This document shows, piece by piece, positions 34,543-42,397 of a stretch of DNA of 42,397 nt. Under the pieces are notes generated by a model, which saw only the letters and a program-made list of their open reading frames with translations, was not told the DNA's origin and ran no database searches. Position 1 is the stretch's first letter, and every line of letters starts with the position of its first letter. The position numbers and the translations under genes are program-made. Source of the DNA: Bacteroidota bacterium (GTDB taxonomy: Bacteria > Bacteroidota > Bacteroidia > Bacteroidales > GWE2-29-8); contig JAUZOY010000002.1 of the NCBI GenBank assembly GCA_030706235.1, positions 1 through 42,397 of the forward strand. The letters run 5' to 3'.

Positions 34543-34550
34543 CAAATATA
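34543..34550 (-). promoter_or_regulatory. TAnnTTTG -7 box upstream of the SPOR-OMP/PorP/gldJ operon
   Basis: Minus strand TATATTTG ends 49 nt upstream of the ATG at 34494. Confidence 0.45.
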
Positions 34551-34627
34551 CAAGTAATTTATAAAACACTATCATTATTACGTAAAAAAAAATAAAATAG
34601 TTTTTAAAAAGAAAATATTTTAAAATT

Positions 34628-34652
34628 AAAAGCCTGTTCAATCCAGGCTTTT
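34628..34652 (-). terminator. Rho-independent terminator of metK
   Basis: AAAAGCCTG and CAGGCTTTT form a 9-bp stem with a 7-nt loop, 12 nt after the metK stop. A U-rich tail follows on the minus strand. Confidence 0.7.
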
Positions 34653-34663
34653 AATTAATCATT

Positions 34664-35950
34664 TTATATCCCGAATTCTTTTTTTATTTTATCAACATAG
34701 TCTAATTTTTCCCATGAGAAAAATTCAACTTCTTTTGTGGTTTTAATCCCATTATGCATTACTTCAACATTCTTTTTAAATGGAGTTCTGCCAAAATGGC
34801 CGTAAGAAGCCGTTTCCAGAAAAATAGGATTTTTTAATCCAAATCGTTTAATTATTGCACTTGGTCTGAGGTCAAATATATTATTTAATTTTTCTGCTAT
34901 TTGGCTATCAGAAAGTTTTAAATGAGATGTCCCATATGTATTTATATAAAGACCAACCGGCTGAGCAATTCCAATTGCATAAGCAACTTGTACCAATACT
35001 TCATCCGCAATACCTGAAGCTACTAAATTTTTTGCAATATGTCTTGTTGCATAAGCTGCTGATCTGTCAACTTTTGATGAATCTTTTCCTGAAAAAGCAC
35101 CACCTCCGTGTGCTCCTCTGCCGCCGTAAGTATCAACAATTATTTTTCTGCCTGTTAGTCCGGAATCTCCATGAGGACCACCGATTACAAATTTACCTGT
35201 TGGATTAACAAATAATTTATAATCATTTCTAAATAATTCTCTGGTTCTTCCAGGTAATAGTTTTTTTACTCTCGGAATAAGAATTTTTTCAACATCTTCT
35301 TTAATTTTATTCTGCATTGCTGTTTCTGCAATTTTTTCAGCTTCTTTTACTTCTGATGTCGGAGTTATAAATTCATCATGTTGTGTAGAAATAACAATAG
35401 TATCAATTCTTTTGGGTTCCCCATTATCATCATATTCAATTGTTACCTGAGATTTTGAGTCAGGTCTCAAATATTTCATTTCTTTCCCTTCTCTTCTGAT
35501 AACTGAAAGTTCATGAAGAAATATATGTGACAGTTCTATTGATAATGGCATATATTCGTCAGTTTCCTTACATGCATAACCAAACATCATACCCTGATCG
35601 CCGGCACCTTGTTCTTCTTCTTTTTCTCTTTCAACACCCTGATTAATATCTGAAGATTGTTCATGAATTGCAGATAATACTCCACAAGATTCAGCCTCAA
35701 ATTTATAATCTGATTTTGTATATCCGATTTTTTTTATTACATTTCGAACGGTTTTTTGTATATCTACATAACCATTAGTTTTAACTTCGCCTGCACAAAC
35801 CACGAGACCTGTAGTAACAAGAGTTTCGCATGCTACTTTTGATTCCGGATCTGTCTTTAAAAATTCGTCTAATAATGCATCGGATATCTGATCTGCAACT
35901 TTATCTGGGTGTCCTTCTGAAACTGATTCAGATGTAAATAAATATGCCAT
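34664..35950 (-). CDS. metK: S-adenosylmethionine synthetase
   Basis: [54 protein letters not shown] and GGAFSGKD are present. Confidence 0.97.
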   Translation of the reverse strand: MAYLFTSESVSEGHPDKVADQISDALLDEFLKTDPESKVACETLVTTGLVVCAGEVKTNGYVDIQKTVRNVIKKIGYTKSDYKFEAESCGVLSAIHEQSSDINQGVEREKEEEQGAGDQGMMFGYACKETDEYMPLSIELSHIFLHELSVIRREGKEMKYLRPDSKSQVTIEYDDNGEPKRIDTIVISTQHDEFITPTSEVKEAEKIAETAMQNKIKEDVEKILIPRVKKLLPGRTRELFRNDYKLFVNPTGKFVIGGPHGDSGLTGRKIIVDTYGGRGAHGGGAFSGKDSSKVDRSAAYATRHIAKNLVASGIADEVLVQVAYAIGIAQPVGLYINTYGTSHLKLSDSQIAEKLNNIFDLRPSAIIKRFGLKNPIFLETASYGHFGRTPFKKNVEVMHNGIKTTKEVEFFSWEKLDYVDKIKKEFGI

Positions 35951-36021
35951 TTTCTTAGATTTTTTGAATATTTTGATTAGTGATTTTTATTATTATTAAA
36001 TGAAAAATTCAAATTTTTTGC

Positions 36022-36029
36022 CAAAATTA
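36022..36029 (-). promoter_or_regulatory. TAnnTTTG -7 box upstream of metK
   Basis: Minus strand TAATTTTG ends 72 nt upstream of the metK ATG. Confidence 0.4.
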
Positions 36030-36055
36030 TAAATTTAATTTGAATATTTTGAAAA

Positions 36056-36964
36056 TTATTTTGTGAGTGATTGAAATAGATCTTCAATGCTTTGTTCTTC
36101 TTTATGCATAGATAAAACTTTAATATTATTTTTAACTGCGAATTGAAATAATTCAGGTCTTATATCAATATCGCCCATTGATATTATTTTCCATGTAAAA
36201 GGGTTAACCTGAATTATTTGTTTAATTCCTTTGATTGAGTTTAATGATTTTAACATTATTTCTTTATCAAATTCGACATGAATTATTACAGATTCCTGCG
36301 ATTTACTGACTTCTTTATAATTTTTATTTGCTACTATTTTCCCTTTATTAATAATTATTATTCTGTCGCATACTGCTTCAACTTCCTGCATAATATGGGT
36401 TGATAATATTACGGTTTTTTCTTTGCCAAGGGATTTGATCAGATTTCTTATTTCAATAATTTGATTTGGATCAAGTCCGGAAGTGGGTTCATCAAGAATT
36501 AAAACTCTTGGATTATGGATCAGTGCTTGTGCAAGTCCTACTCTTTGGCGGAAACCCTTAGAAAGGGCTCCGATTTTTTTTTTGCTTTCTGAGCCTAGTC
36601 CGGTTATGTCAACCATTTCTTCAACTCTTTTTTTTGTGTCTTTTTTACTGATTTTATATATTCCAGCAATAAATTCCAGGTATTCCCTGACATACATTTC
36701 TAAATATAATGGATTGTTTTCTGGAAGATAACCAATACATTTTCTGACTTCTAATGGATTTTCTACAACATCAAATCCACATACTTTTACATCTCCTGAT
36801 GTTTGTGGTATAAAACAGGTGATGATTTTCATCATTGTTGATTTTCCAGCACCATTTGGCCCTATAAGTCCTGTTATCTCTCCTTTTTTTGTCTCAAAAT
36901 TTACATTGTCAAGTGCTTTCTGTTCACCATAAAGCTTTGTGACATTAACTACTGATATCGACAT
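36056..36964 (-). CDS. gldA: ABC transporter ATP-binding protein, GldA-like (gliding-associated ABC-2 type)
   Basis: Walker A is GPNGAGKST, the signature is LSKGFRQR and Walker B is LILDEPTSGLD. The IGYLPENNPLYLEMYVREYLEFIAGIY stretch matches my memory of GldA. No permease gene is adjacent. Confidence 0.6.
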   Translation of the reverse strand: MSISVVNVTKLYGEQKALDNVNFETKKGEITGLIGPNGAGKSTMMKIITCFIPQTSGDVKVCGFDVVENPLEVRKCIGYLPENNPLYLEMYVREYLEFIAGIYKISKKDTKKRVEEMVDITGLGSESKKKIGALSKGFRQRVGLAQALIHNPRVLILDEPTSGLDPNQIIEIRNLIKSLGKEKTVILSTHIMQEVEAVCDRIIIINKGKIVANKNYKEVSKSQESVIIHVEFDKEIMLKSLNSIKGIKQIIQVNPFTWKIISMGDIDIRPELFQFAVKNNIKVLSMHKEEQSIEDLFQSLTK

Positions 36965-37169
36965 TCTTTAATTTTTAATAAAACTATGCAAACCTACTGA
37001 TTTTTTTTGACTCTTTAATATTAATTTCTATATGATAATATATGCAAATTTCTTTGATTTTGTAAATAAAATATTGCAATTTGTAAGGTCATTAAATAAA
37101 AAATTCTTATTTTTACAAAATGAATTGTAAAAATTTAATATGGAATAAAAAATTGTAATACATTAAATT

Positions 37170-37904
37170 ATGAAATATATAAGATTGCTGTTTTTGATTG
37201 GAATAGTAACTTTTTTTACTACTTGTAAGAAAGATACATTGAATAATATATTAAATCAGGGATTGTCGCAGGAAGATGCCGTTAACGGTCTAAAGGATGC
37301 ATTGAAAGTGGGTACCGGTAATACTGTATCTCTTGTTTCTATTATAAATGGATATTATGGAAATTCATTAATTAAAATTCCATTCCCGGAGGATGCAACT
37401 TTTATTGTCAATGCTGTAAATACATATATTCCAACTGCCAATCCCTTAATTGATACTTTAGTTTTAAAATTGAACAGAGCTGCTGAAAATGCTGCAATAA
37501 AAGCAAAGCCGATATTTATAAATGCAATTACCGGAATGACCATTGGTGATGCATTTTCAATCCTAAAGGGTGGTGATACTGCTGCTACACACTACCTTAG
37601 AATTAATACCTATTCAAATTTATTTTCCACTTTCAAACCTGATATAGATAGTTCTCTGACTAATGTAGGTGCAACTCAAATTTGGAAAGAAGTAACGACT
37701 TACTATAATAGTATTCCTGATATTCCATATGTTTTTACTAAGCAACAAATTAATACAGATTTACCAGCTTATACAACAGGGAAAGCATTAAAAGGATTAT
37801 TTCTTCTAATTGGGAATGAAGAAAAAAGTATCAGAAAAGATCCTGCAAAAAGAGTGGATGATTTATTAAAGAAGGTTTTTTCTGAAGAAAATACAACGCC
37901 TTGA
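37170..37904 (+). CDS. DUF4197-like lipoprotein
   Basis: It has a lipobox (FFTT-C). The N-terminal LSQEDAVNGLKDALKVGT motif and ~240 aa size match what I recall for DUF4197. The family name is from memory. Confidence 0.6.
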   Translation: MKYIRLLFLIGIVTFFTTCKKDTLNNILNQGLSQEDAVNGLKDALKVGTGNTVSLVSIINGYYGNSLIKIPFPEDATFIVNAVNTYIPTANPLIDTLVLKLNRAAENAAIKAKPIFINAITGMTIGDAFSILKGGDTAATHYLRINTYSNLFSTFKPDIDSSLTNVGATQIWKEVTTYYNSIPDIPYVFTKQQINTDLPAYTTGKALKGLFLLIGNEEKSIRKDPAKRVDDLLKKVFSEENTTP

Positions 37905-37961
37905 TAAATAATAATTACGTGTAATATTTTTAGAAGTAATAAAATATAATTAAAAAATCAA

Positions 37962-38702
37962 ATGTTAAATACAATATTAAATCATAGATCAATAAGAAAA
38001 TATAAGGATATACCTGTAAGTGAAGAAATTCTGAGCAAAATTCTTAATGCAGGAATGAGAGCTGCAACTACCGGAAATATGCAGGTTTACAGTATTATTG
38101 TTACAAAAGATACTGAAATGAAGAAGAAATTATGGGAATTTCATTTCAAACAAAACATGATTCTTGAAGCACCTTTAGTTTTGACTTTTTTTGCAGATTT
38201 TAACCGTTTTAACAAATGGTGCAAAGCGAGAAATGCTGAACCTGGATATAATAATTTTCTATCGTTTGTTACTGCTGCTATTGATGCTTTGCTTGCTGCT
38301 CAAAATGTTTGTATTGCAGCTGAAAGTTTTGGCTTGGGGACCTGCTATCTTGGTACAACTACTTATCAGGCAGCAAAACTTATTGATTTTTTTAAATGTC
38401 CTAAAGATGTAGTGCCAATAACGACTTTGGTTATAGGTTATCCAAATGAAAATCCGGAATTAACTGACAGATTACCTGCAAAGGGCGTAATTCATAATGA
38501 AATGTATAATGACTATTCTATAGATGATATTAATAGTATATATTCTGAAAAAGAATCACTTGCCTCGACAAAGGAATTAATAGAAATTAATCAACTTGAA
38601 AATCTGGCACAGATATTTACAAATAAAAGATATCCTAAAAAAGATAATGAATTTTTCTCTGAAGAATTATTAAAAGTATTGAAGAATCAGGGGTATTTAT
38701 AA
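37962..38702 (+). CDS. NADPH-dependent nitroreductase-family oxidoreductase (NfsA-like)
   Basis: HRSIRKYKD at the N-terminus, the QNVCIAAESFGLG core and the ~245 aa size fit this family. Confidence 0.82.
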   Translation: MLNTILNHRSIRKYKDIPVSEEILSKILNAGMRAATTGNMQVYSIIVTKDTEMKKKLWEFHFKQNMILEAPLVLTFFADFNRFNKWCKARNAEPGYNNFLSFVTAAIDALLAAQNVCIAAESFGLGTCYLGTTTYQAAKLIDFFKCPKDVVPITTLVIGYPNENPELTDRLPAKGVIHNEMYNDYSIDDINSIYSEKESLASTKELIEINQLENLAQIFTNKRYPKKDNEFFSEELLKVLKNQGYL

Positions 38703-38825
38703 TTTATAAATAGATATGGCTTGCTATTATTATATGCTTAAATCAGTATTTATATAAATTTTACTAAAGAAAGTAATAGAAAATAATATATCGCCTGAGA
38801 TTGATATTAAAAAAATATTATGATG

Positions 38826-40520
38826 CTATTTGTGACAAATTATTAACTTTTCCCTCTTTAAAATATTTTTTTTATCCCCAATGGTAATAACGTATAAACC
38901 GTTTGGAAAGTCTGAAATATAAGCTTTTACCTGATTCGTATTATTAAAAGTATTTTTATAAAGCAAATCTCCTGTTAAGTTATATATATTTATATTAAGG
39001 TTCTCAACTTTATAATTTACATTGATATTTATATAGTCATTTACAATTGGATTAGGATATATTGAAATATTTTCTTGTTTATTTAATATGTTGTTATTTA
39101 TTCCAATATATTGATCCGCAATATTTATAGTGTATTGAAGAGATGATGAATCTGTAAAATTGCTGTTGATTCTATAAACGATAAGTATATAACTACTATT
39201 ATTGCTATTATCATTAACTTGAATTATTTTATCATTATTTATAGAATCGGAATTTTGAATAGTTAGTTTGTTGTTAATGCCATATTTAAGTAAAATAATG
39301 TCACTCAAATTGTTTTTTTTAGGAGAATAAGTTATTGTGAAGTTCCCGGTAGAATTTATTTTTATATAATCTGAGCTAAGATGCATAAGTATCCCATTCC
39401 CGTCTCTGTTGCTTTTATAATTAATAGGAGTTGAATTATAATTAAATGTTTTTTCAAAACGTTTTACCCCATTTTTTGTGAGAAATGAATTATAATCTGA
39501 TGCTTTAGAGTAATTGTACGGTGAATATGAAGAATCACTTTCTAAAACTGCATTTGCAATTATAAAGTTCCTGAACAACTGTTCAAAAGTAATACCCCAT
39601 CTTTCTGAAAGTTCTTTTGAAATTGCCAGGATTATGTTATTAGATGAAATTATCCTTTCGTATATATTCTTAATAATTGTGTCTGAAGTATGTTCAGTAA
39701 GGTATTTCGCAAAAATCCATGTTCCGTAATAATTATTTATTTTTGGATAGCTGTATTTTTCATTAAAGTTTAATGAAACATCTGTATTTAAGAAAAATTT
39801 ATAAAGATATGGTATTGCTCCATTCAATTCAGGATATATATAATCTTCTGCCCAAACAGCGATCATTTCACTAAACCAAAGATCATTAATAATATATATT
39901 GAGTATCCTGCCTGAATTGCATGCATAAATTCATGAGCAGCTGTAGATTTTATATTATTAACCGGAGCTTCGCTAAATCCATTATAGTTATTTCTCATGA
40001 CCATATAACTCGAATATGAATATGCTTCATGAATATTTTTACTATTGGGATTATCCCCAATATAATCTTCTAACGCAGTATATCCAAGAACTGTTTTACT
40101 AATTAAGTCCAGATTACATACATATACATCAAAATTATCTGAACCACCTGTAGAATTGTCAGGAGGAGGCATCGCAAATCCTCTGCTTTGATATATTTTG
40201 TGTACTGAATCAAAAACAGAAGCCATATTTTCAATATAGTCAGGAATTCCATTTTGATTTTCATCTGTAGTATTTACTGCATCAGTACCTGTAATGGTAT
40301 AATGAAAATCAAAAAAAACAGAATGATATATTAGTTCATTATTGATAACAGGCCTATTATCTGTAAGTTCATCTAAATTCTTATTTGAATTTAATAGATT
40401 ATTTTTTAAAAATTTTTTATTTAAAAGATAATGTGTTAACCAAAGATTGTCAGCATATTGAGCTTTAGAATAGTTGGCTAATAAAAAAATTGAAAAAAGA
40501 AGAATAAATATCTTTTTCAA
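38826..40520 (-). CDS. Secreted HExxH metalloprotease-like protein with T9SS type-A sorting domain
   Basis: A signal peptide (MKKIFILLFSIFLLANYSKAQ) is present. The zinc motif AAHEFMHAIQ has HEFMH encoded at 39921-39935. The C-terminal tail reads ISIYPNPIVNDY...IYNLTGDLLY...NGLYVITI. Confidence 0.75.
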   Translation of the reverse strand: MKKIFILLFSIFLLANYSKAQYADNLWLTHYLLNKKFLKNNLLNSNKNLDELTDNRPVINNELIYHSVFFDFHYTITGTDAVNTTDENQNGIPDYIENMASVFDSVHKIYQSRGFAMPPPDNSTGGSDNFDVYVCNLDLISKTVLGYTALEDYIGDNPNSKNIHEAYSYSSYMVMRNNYNGFSEAPVNNIKSTAAHEFMHAIQAGYSIYIINDLWFSEMIAVWAEDYIYPELNGAIPYLYKFFLNTDVSLNFNEKYSYPKINNYYGTWIFAKYLTEHTSDTIIKNIYERIISSNNIILAISKELSERWGITFEQLFRNFIIANAVLESDSSYSPYNYSKASDYNSFLTKNGVKRFEKTFNYNSTPINYKSNRDGNGILMHLSSDYIKINSTGNFTITYSPKKNNLSDIILLKYGINNKLTIQNSDSINNDKIIQVNDNSNNSSYILIVYRINSNFTDSSSLQYTINIADQYIGINNNILNKQENISIYPNPIVNDYININVNYKVENLNINIYNLTGDLLYKNTFNNTNQVKAYISDFPNGLYVITIGDKKNILKREKLIICHK

Positions 40521-40528
40521 AGTAAGAG

Positions 40529-41419
40529 TTATAAACCTCCAATAATAATTTCTGAACTAAATTGTGGTACAATTGACATTACGGGGATATCAGAGTAATT
40601 TATAATATCCTGTGCGGTAGAACCAACAAAGAATTCTACCCAATTGGCTTCTTGTTGTGTCATTATCATTATAAGGTCACCTTCATTATCTTTAGCATAA
40701 TTAATAATTATTTTGGCAAGACTTCTTTTCCCCTCGCTGGTGTTAATGATTTCTGCTTTACAGGTGATACCTTTGCTTTCAATGAAATTTTTAACCTGAT
40801 TTATAATAACTTTTAATCTGTTATTTTGAGTTTTCTTATCTGAAAGCATAACTGCAATAACTTTAATCGTGGAGTTATAATATTTTGCAATTTCAATAGA
40901 TTTTGATACTTTTTCTCTGGTTTGTTTTGTAAGATCGAGTGGAAGAATAATATTTCTACATCCTTCATGATGAGTTCTGCCGTTTATTGAAATCACAGGA
41001 CATTTAGCTTCCCTTATAACTCCCAGGGTATTGGAACCTATATATCTTTTCCCATCTATATCATTTCTGGTTCCCATAATTATAAGTTTAGGTTTAATTT
41101 TTTCTGCAGTTTCGAGAATAACCTGATAAACTTTACCTCTGTCGATAAGGACATTTGTTGGCATTCCGGATTTTTCAGAAGCTTCTTTTGAAAGTATATT
41201 CATCTTTTCAGCAATTCCATCTTCAATATCTTTATTCAATTTTTCATTATGTTCTTTGGAAAATAAACCAAATAAATTAAATCCTGATTCAGGAAGTACA
41301 TGAAGTAATGTTATACTTCTGTTCCCTAATCTTGCAAGATTATAAGATTGTTTAAGAGCGACAATTGATTGTTCGGAAAAATCTATGGGAACTAAAATAG
41401 TCTTGATTGTGTTATCCAT
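40529..41419 (-). CDS. Universal stress protein, tandem UspA domains
   Basis: There are two USP units (ILVPIDFSEQS...LLHV...IIMGT and ILPLDLTKQT...MIMTQQ...GSTAQDII). Its stop lies 8 nt before the protease start. Confidence 0.85.
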   Translation of the reverse strand: MDNTIKTILVPIDFSEQSIVALKQSYNLARLGNRSITLLHVLPESGFNLFGLFSKEHNEKLNKDIEDGIAEKMNILSKEASEKSGMPTNVLIDRGKVYQVILETAEKIKPKLIIMGTRNDIDGKRYIGSNTLGVIREAKCPVISINGRTHHEGCRNIILPLDLTKQTREKVSKSIEIAKYYNSTIKVIAVMLSDKKTQNNRLKVIINQVKNFIESKGITCKAEIINTSEGKRSLAKIIINYAKDNEGDLIMIMTQQEANWVEFFVGSTAQDIINYSDIPVMSIVPQFSSEIIIGGL

Positions 41420-41447
41420 ATTTTATTTGTTTATAAGTATTTTATGG

Positions 41448-41455
41448 CAAAATTA
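41448..41455 (-). promoter_or_regulatory. TAnnTTTG -7 box upstream of the USP gene
   Basis: Minus strand TAATTTTG ends 29 nt upstream of the ATG at 41419. Confidence 0.45.
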
Positions 41456-41877
41456 AAGGTTTTTTTTTATAAAAAGGTTAATTTTATTTAAATATTTATA
41501 ATCAAAAATTTCAATTTATTTAAGAATTAACTGTATTATAAAAGATTATATAATTCATCTTGTCTTTATTAAATATTCTTAAAATTTTATTTCGTTGGAT
41601 AAAATAGCCATTAATTCAATAGATGCAAGTTAGTTTAAGAAATTGTTTTGATTTTATTTTTAAAAACTATTTGATGTTAGCAATATCTTAGCTCATAGTT
41701 TGATAAATAAGTTTTTATACACCTCTCTTTTGGAAGAAGGGCTGGTGGTGAGGTCTTAATTTTCAGCTGCATATAATTATTTTTTTATAATTCGAAGCAG
41801 TTTCTAAATATTATTTTGAGTATAAATACTATAATTTTGATTTTTGATTTGTGTTTAATTTTATATTAAACTATTAG

Positions 41878-41885
41878 TACATTTG
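41878..41885 (+). promoter_or_regulatory. TAnnTTTG -7 box abutting the start of the last ORF
   Basis: TACATTTG ends only 5 nt before the ATG at 41890. Confidence 0.35.
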
Positions 41886-41889
41886 CAGT

Positions 41890-42397
41890 ATGAAGAGTCA
41901 ATTATTCTTTTTAATATTTTTACTTTTTTCATTAAGTAAAATTAAAGCTGAAAATTTTCCTAATGATTCAAATAATGTTGAAACTCAAGAAAAATTTAAT
42001 CATTTTATGACTGGTATTGACTGGTCTTCATGTTCTATTTTTTATGGTAAAAAAAATCAAAACGAAAAAGATCAATACAGTTTAACTTATTATTTAATTT
42101 ATCAAACAAAATCAAATATAAATGCAAGTTTGTCAACAGTTTCTATATTTGGCGGCGGAAAATTTATCGATGAATATGAATTGGGTCTGGGATATTTATT
42201 TAAATTTTTTGATAAGAAACTGGTTAACTCAATTAATATAACAAAATACATTTATGCAGATAGCATACAAGTCCAGTCAAATATAAAAGCCGATTTGAAT
42301 TATTTCATTAAATTTAAAAATGATATATTAATTCCTAAAGTTATGTTTGATTATTATTATGAAGATGGAGGAAATGACTATTTAGTTACTTATCAAT
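41890..42397 (+). CDS. Hypothetical secreted / outer-membrane protein, 3'-partial (not in the supplied ORF track)
   Basis: I translated it by hand from the ATG at 41890: MKSQLFFLIFLLFSLSKIKAENFPNDS...YYYEDGGNDYLVTYQ. That gives 169 codons with no stop to the window end. It has a signal peptide and a Tyr/aromatic-rich alternating pattern suggestive of a beta-barrel. Confidence 0.6.
   Translation, partial: MKSQLFFLIFLLFSLSKIKAENFPNDSNNVETQEKFNHFMTGIDWSSCSIFYGKKNQNEKDQYSLTYYLIYQTKSNINASLSTVSIFGGGKFIDEYELGLGYLFKFFDKKLVNSINITKYIYADSIQVQSNIKADLNYFIKFKNDILIPKVMFDYYYEDGGNDYLVTYQ

Noticed and set aside
35951-36055. SAM riboswitch expected upstream of metK
   Set aside because: The 105-nt leader is almost pure A/T, with no G/C-rich helices or conserved SAM-I/II/IV-like core that I can recognise.
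34927-39729. Short ORFs 34927-35208, 36483-36731, 37355-37543, 38191-38412 and 39514-39729
   Set aside because: All lie within or opposite metK, the gldA-like gene, DUF4197, the nitroreductase and the protease genes. They have no independent support.
1-42397. Mobile elements, prophage, defence islands, toxin-antitoxin pairs, tRNA/rRNA genes
   Set aside because: I found no transposase, integrase, recombinase, Cas, restriction or abortive-infection-like ORFs. There are no long terminal inverted or direct repeats and no tRNA-like GTTCGAATC-type T-arm motifs. Apart from the giant cargo locus, the window looks like core chromosome.

Overview
This is an AT-rich chromosomal segment (roughly 30% G+C by eye, not computed) from a member of the Bacteroidota. 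Supporting evidence: two proteins end in type-A T9SS C-terminal sorting domains; GldJ, a PorP/SprF-family protein and a GldA-like ATPase are present; start codons lack Shine-Dalgarno sequences; and many genes are preceded by TAnnTTTG -7 boxes. Nt 3-11162 is one open reading frame of more than 3,715 aa that runs off the 5' window edge. It holds 3 PKD-like units, about 38 copies of a 75-80 aa two-cysteine repeat arranged in higher-order cassettes, an internal 'WDPN...FENEG' module and a T9SS sorting tail. A Cys-rich small lipoprotein, a 69-aa LuxR-type HTH solo and a 572-bp ORF-free structured region follow. The remaining ~30 kb is tightly packed and mostly housekeeping: mazG-PAP2-queA (ATGA-coupled), Rrf2, an RND/MMPL exporter operon with rfbA/SDR/polyprenol-P glycosyltransferase/pyrC, a TPR protein, RNase P RNA, sufC-D-S-E-DUF59 (no sufB), radA-folB, a SPOR-OMP/PorP/GldJ operon, metK, a gldA-like gene, DUF4197, a nitroreductase, a USP plus T9SS HExxH protease pair, and a 3'-truncated ORF missing from the ORF track. 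I saw no transposase, integrase, phage, CRISPR, tRNA/rRNA, toxin-antitoxin or recognisable defence genes. I did not find convincing evidence for a wholly new multi-gene system. The most unusual items are the giant repeat protein and its cassette structure, the SPOR-OMP/PorP/GldJ operon, the sufB-less suf operon and the structured non-coding region beside the LuxR solo.
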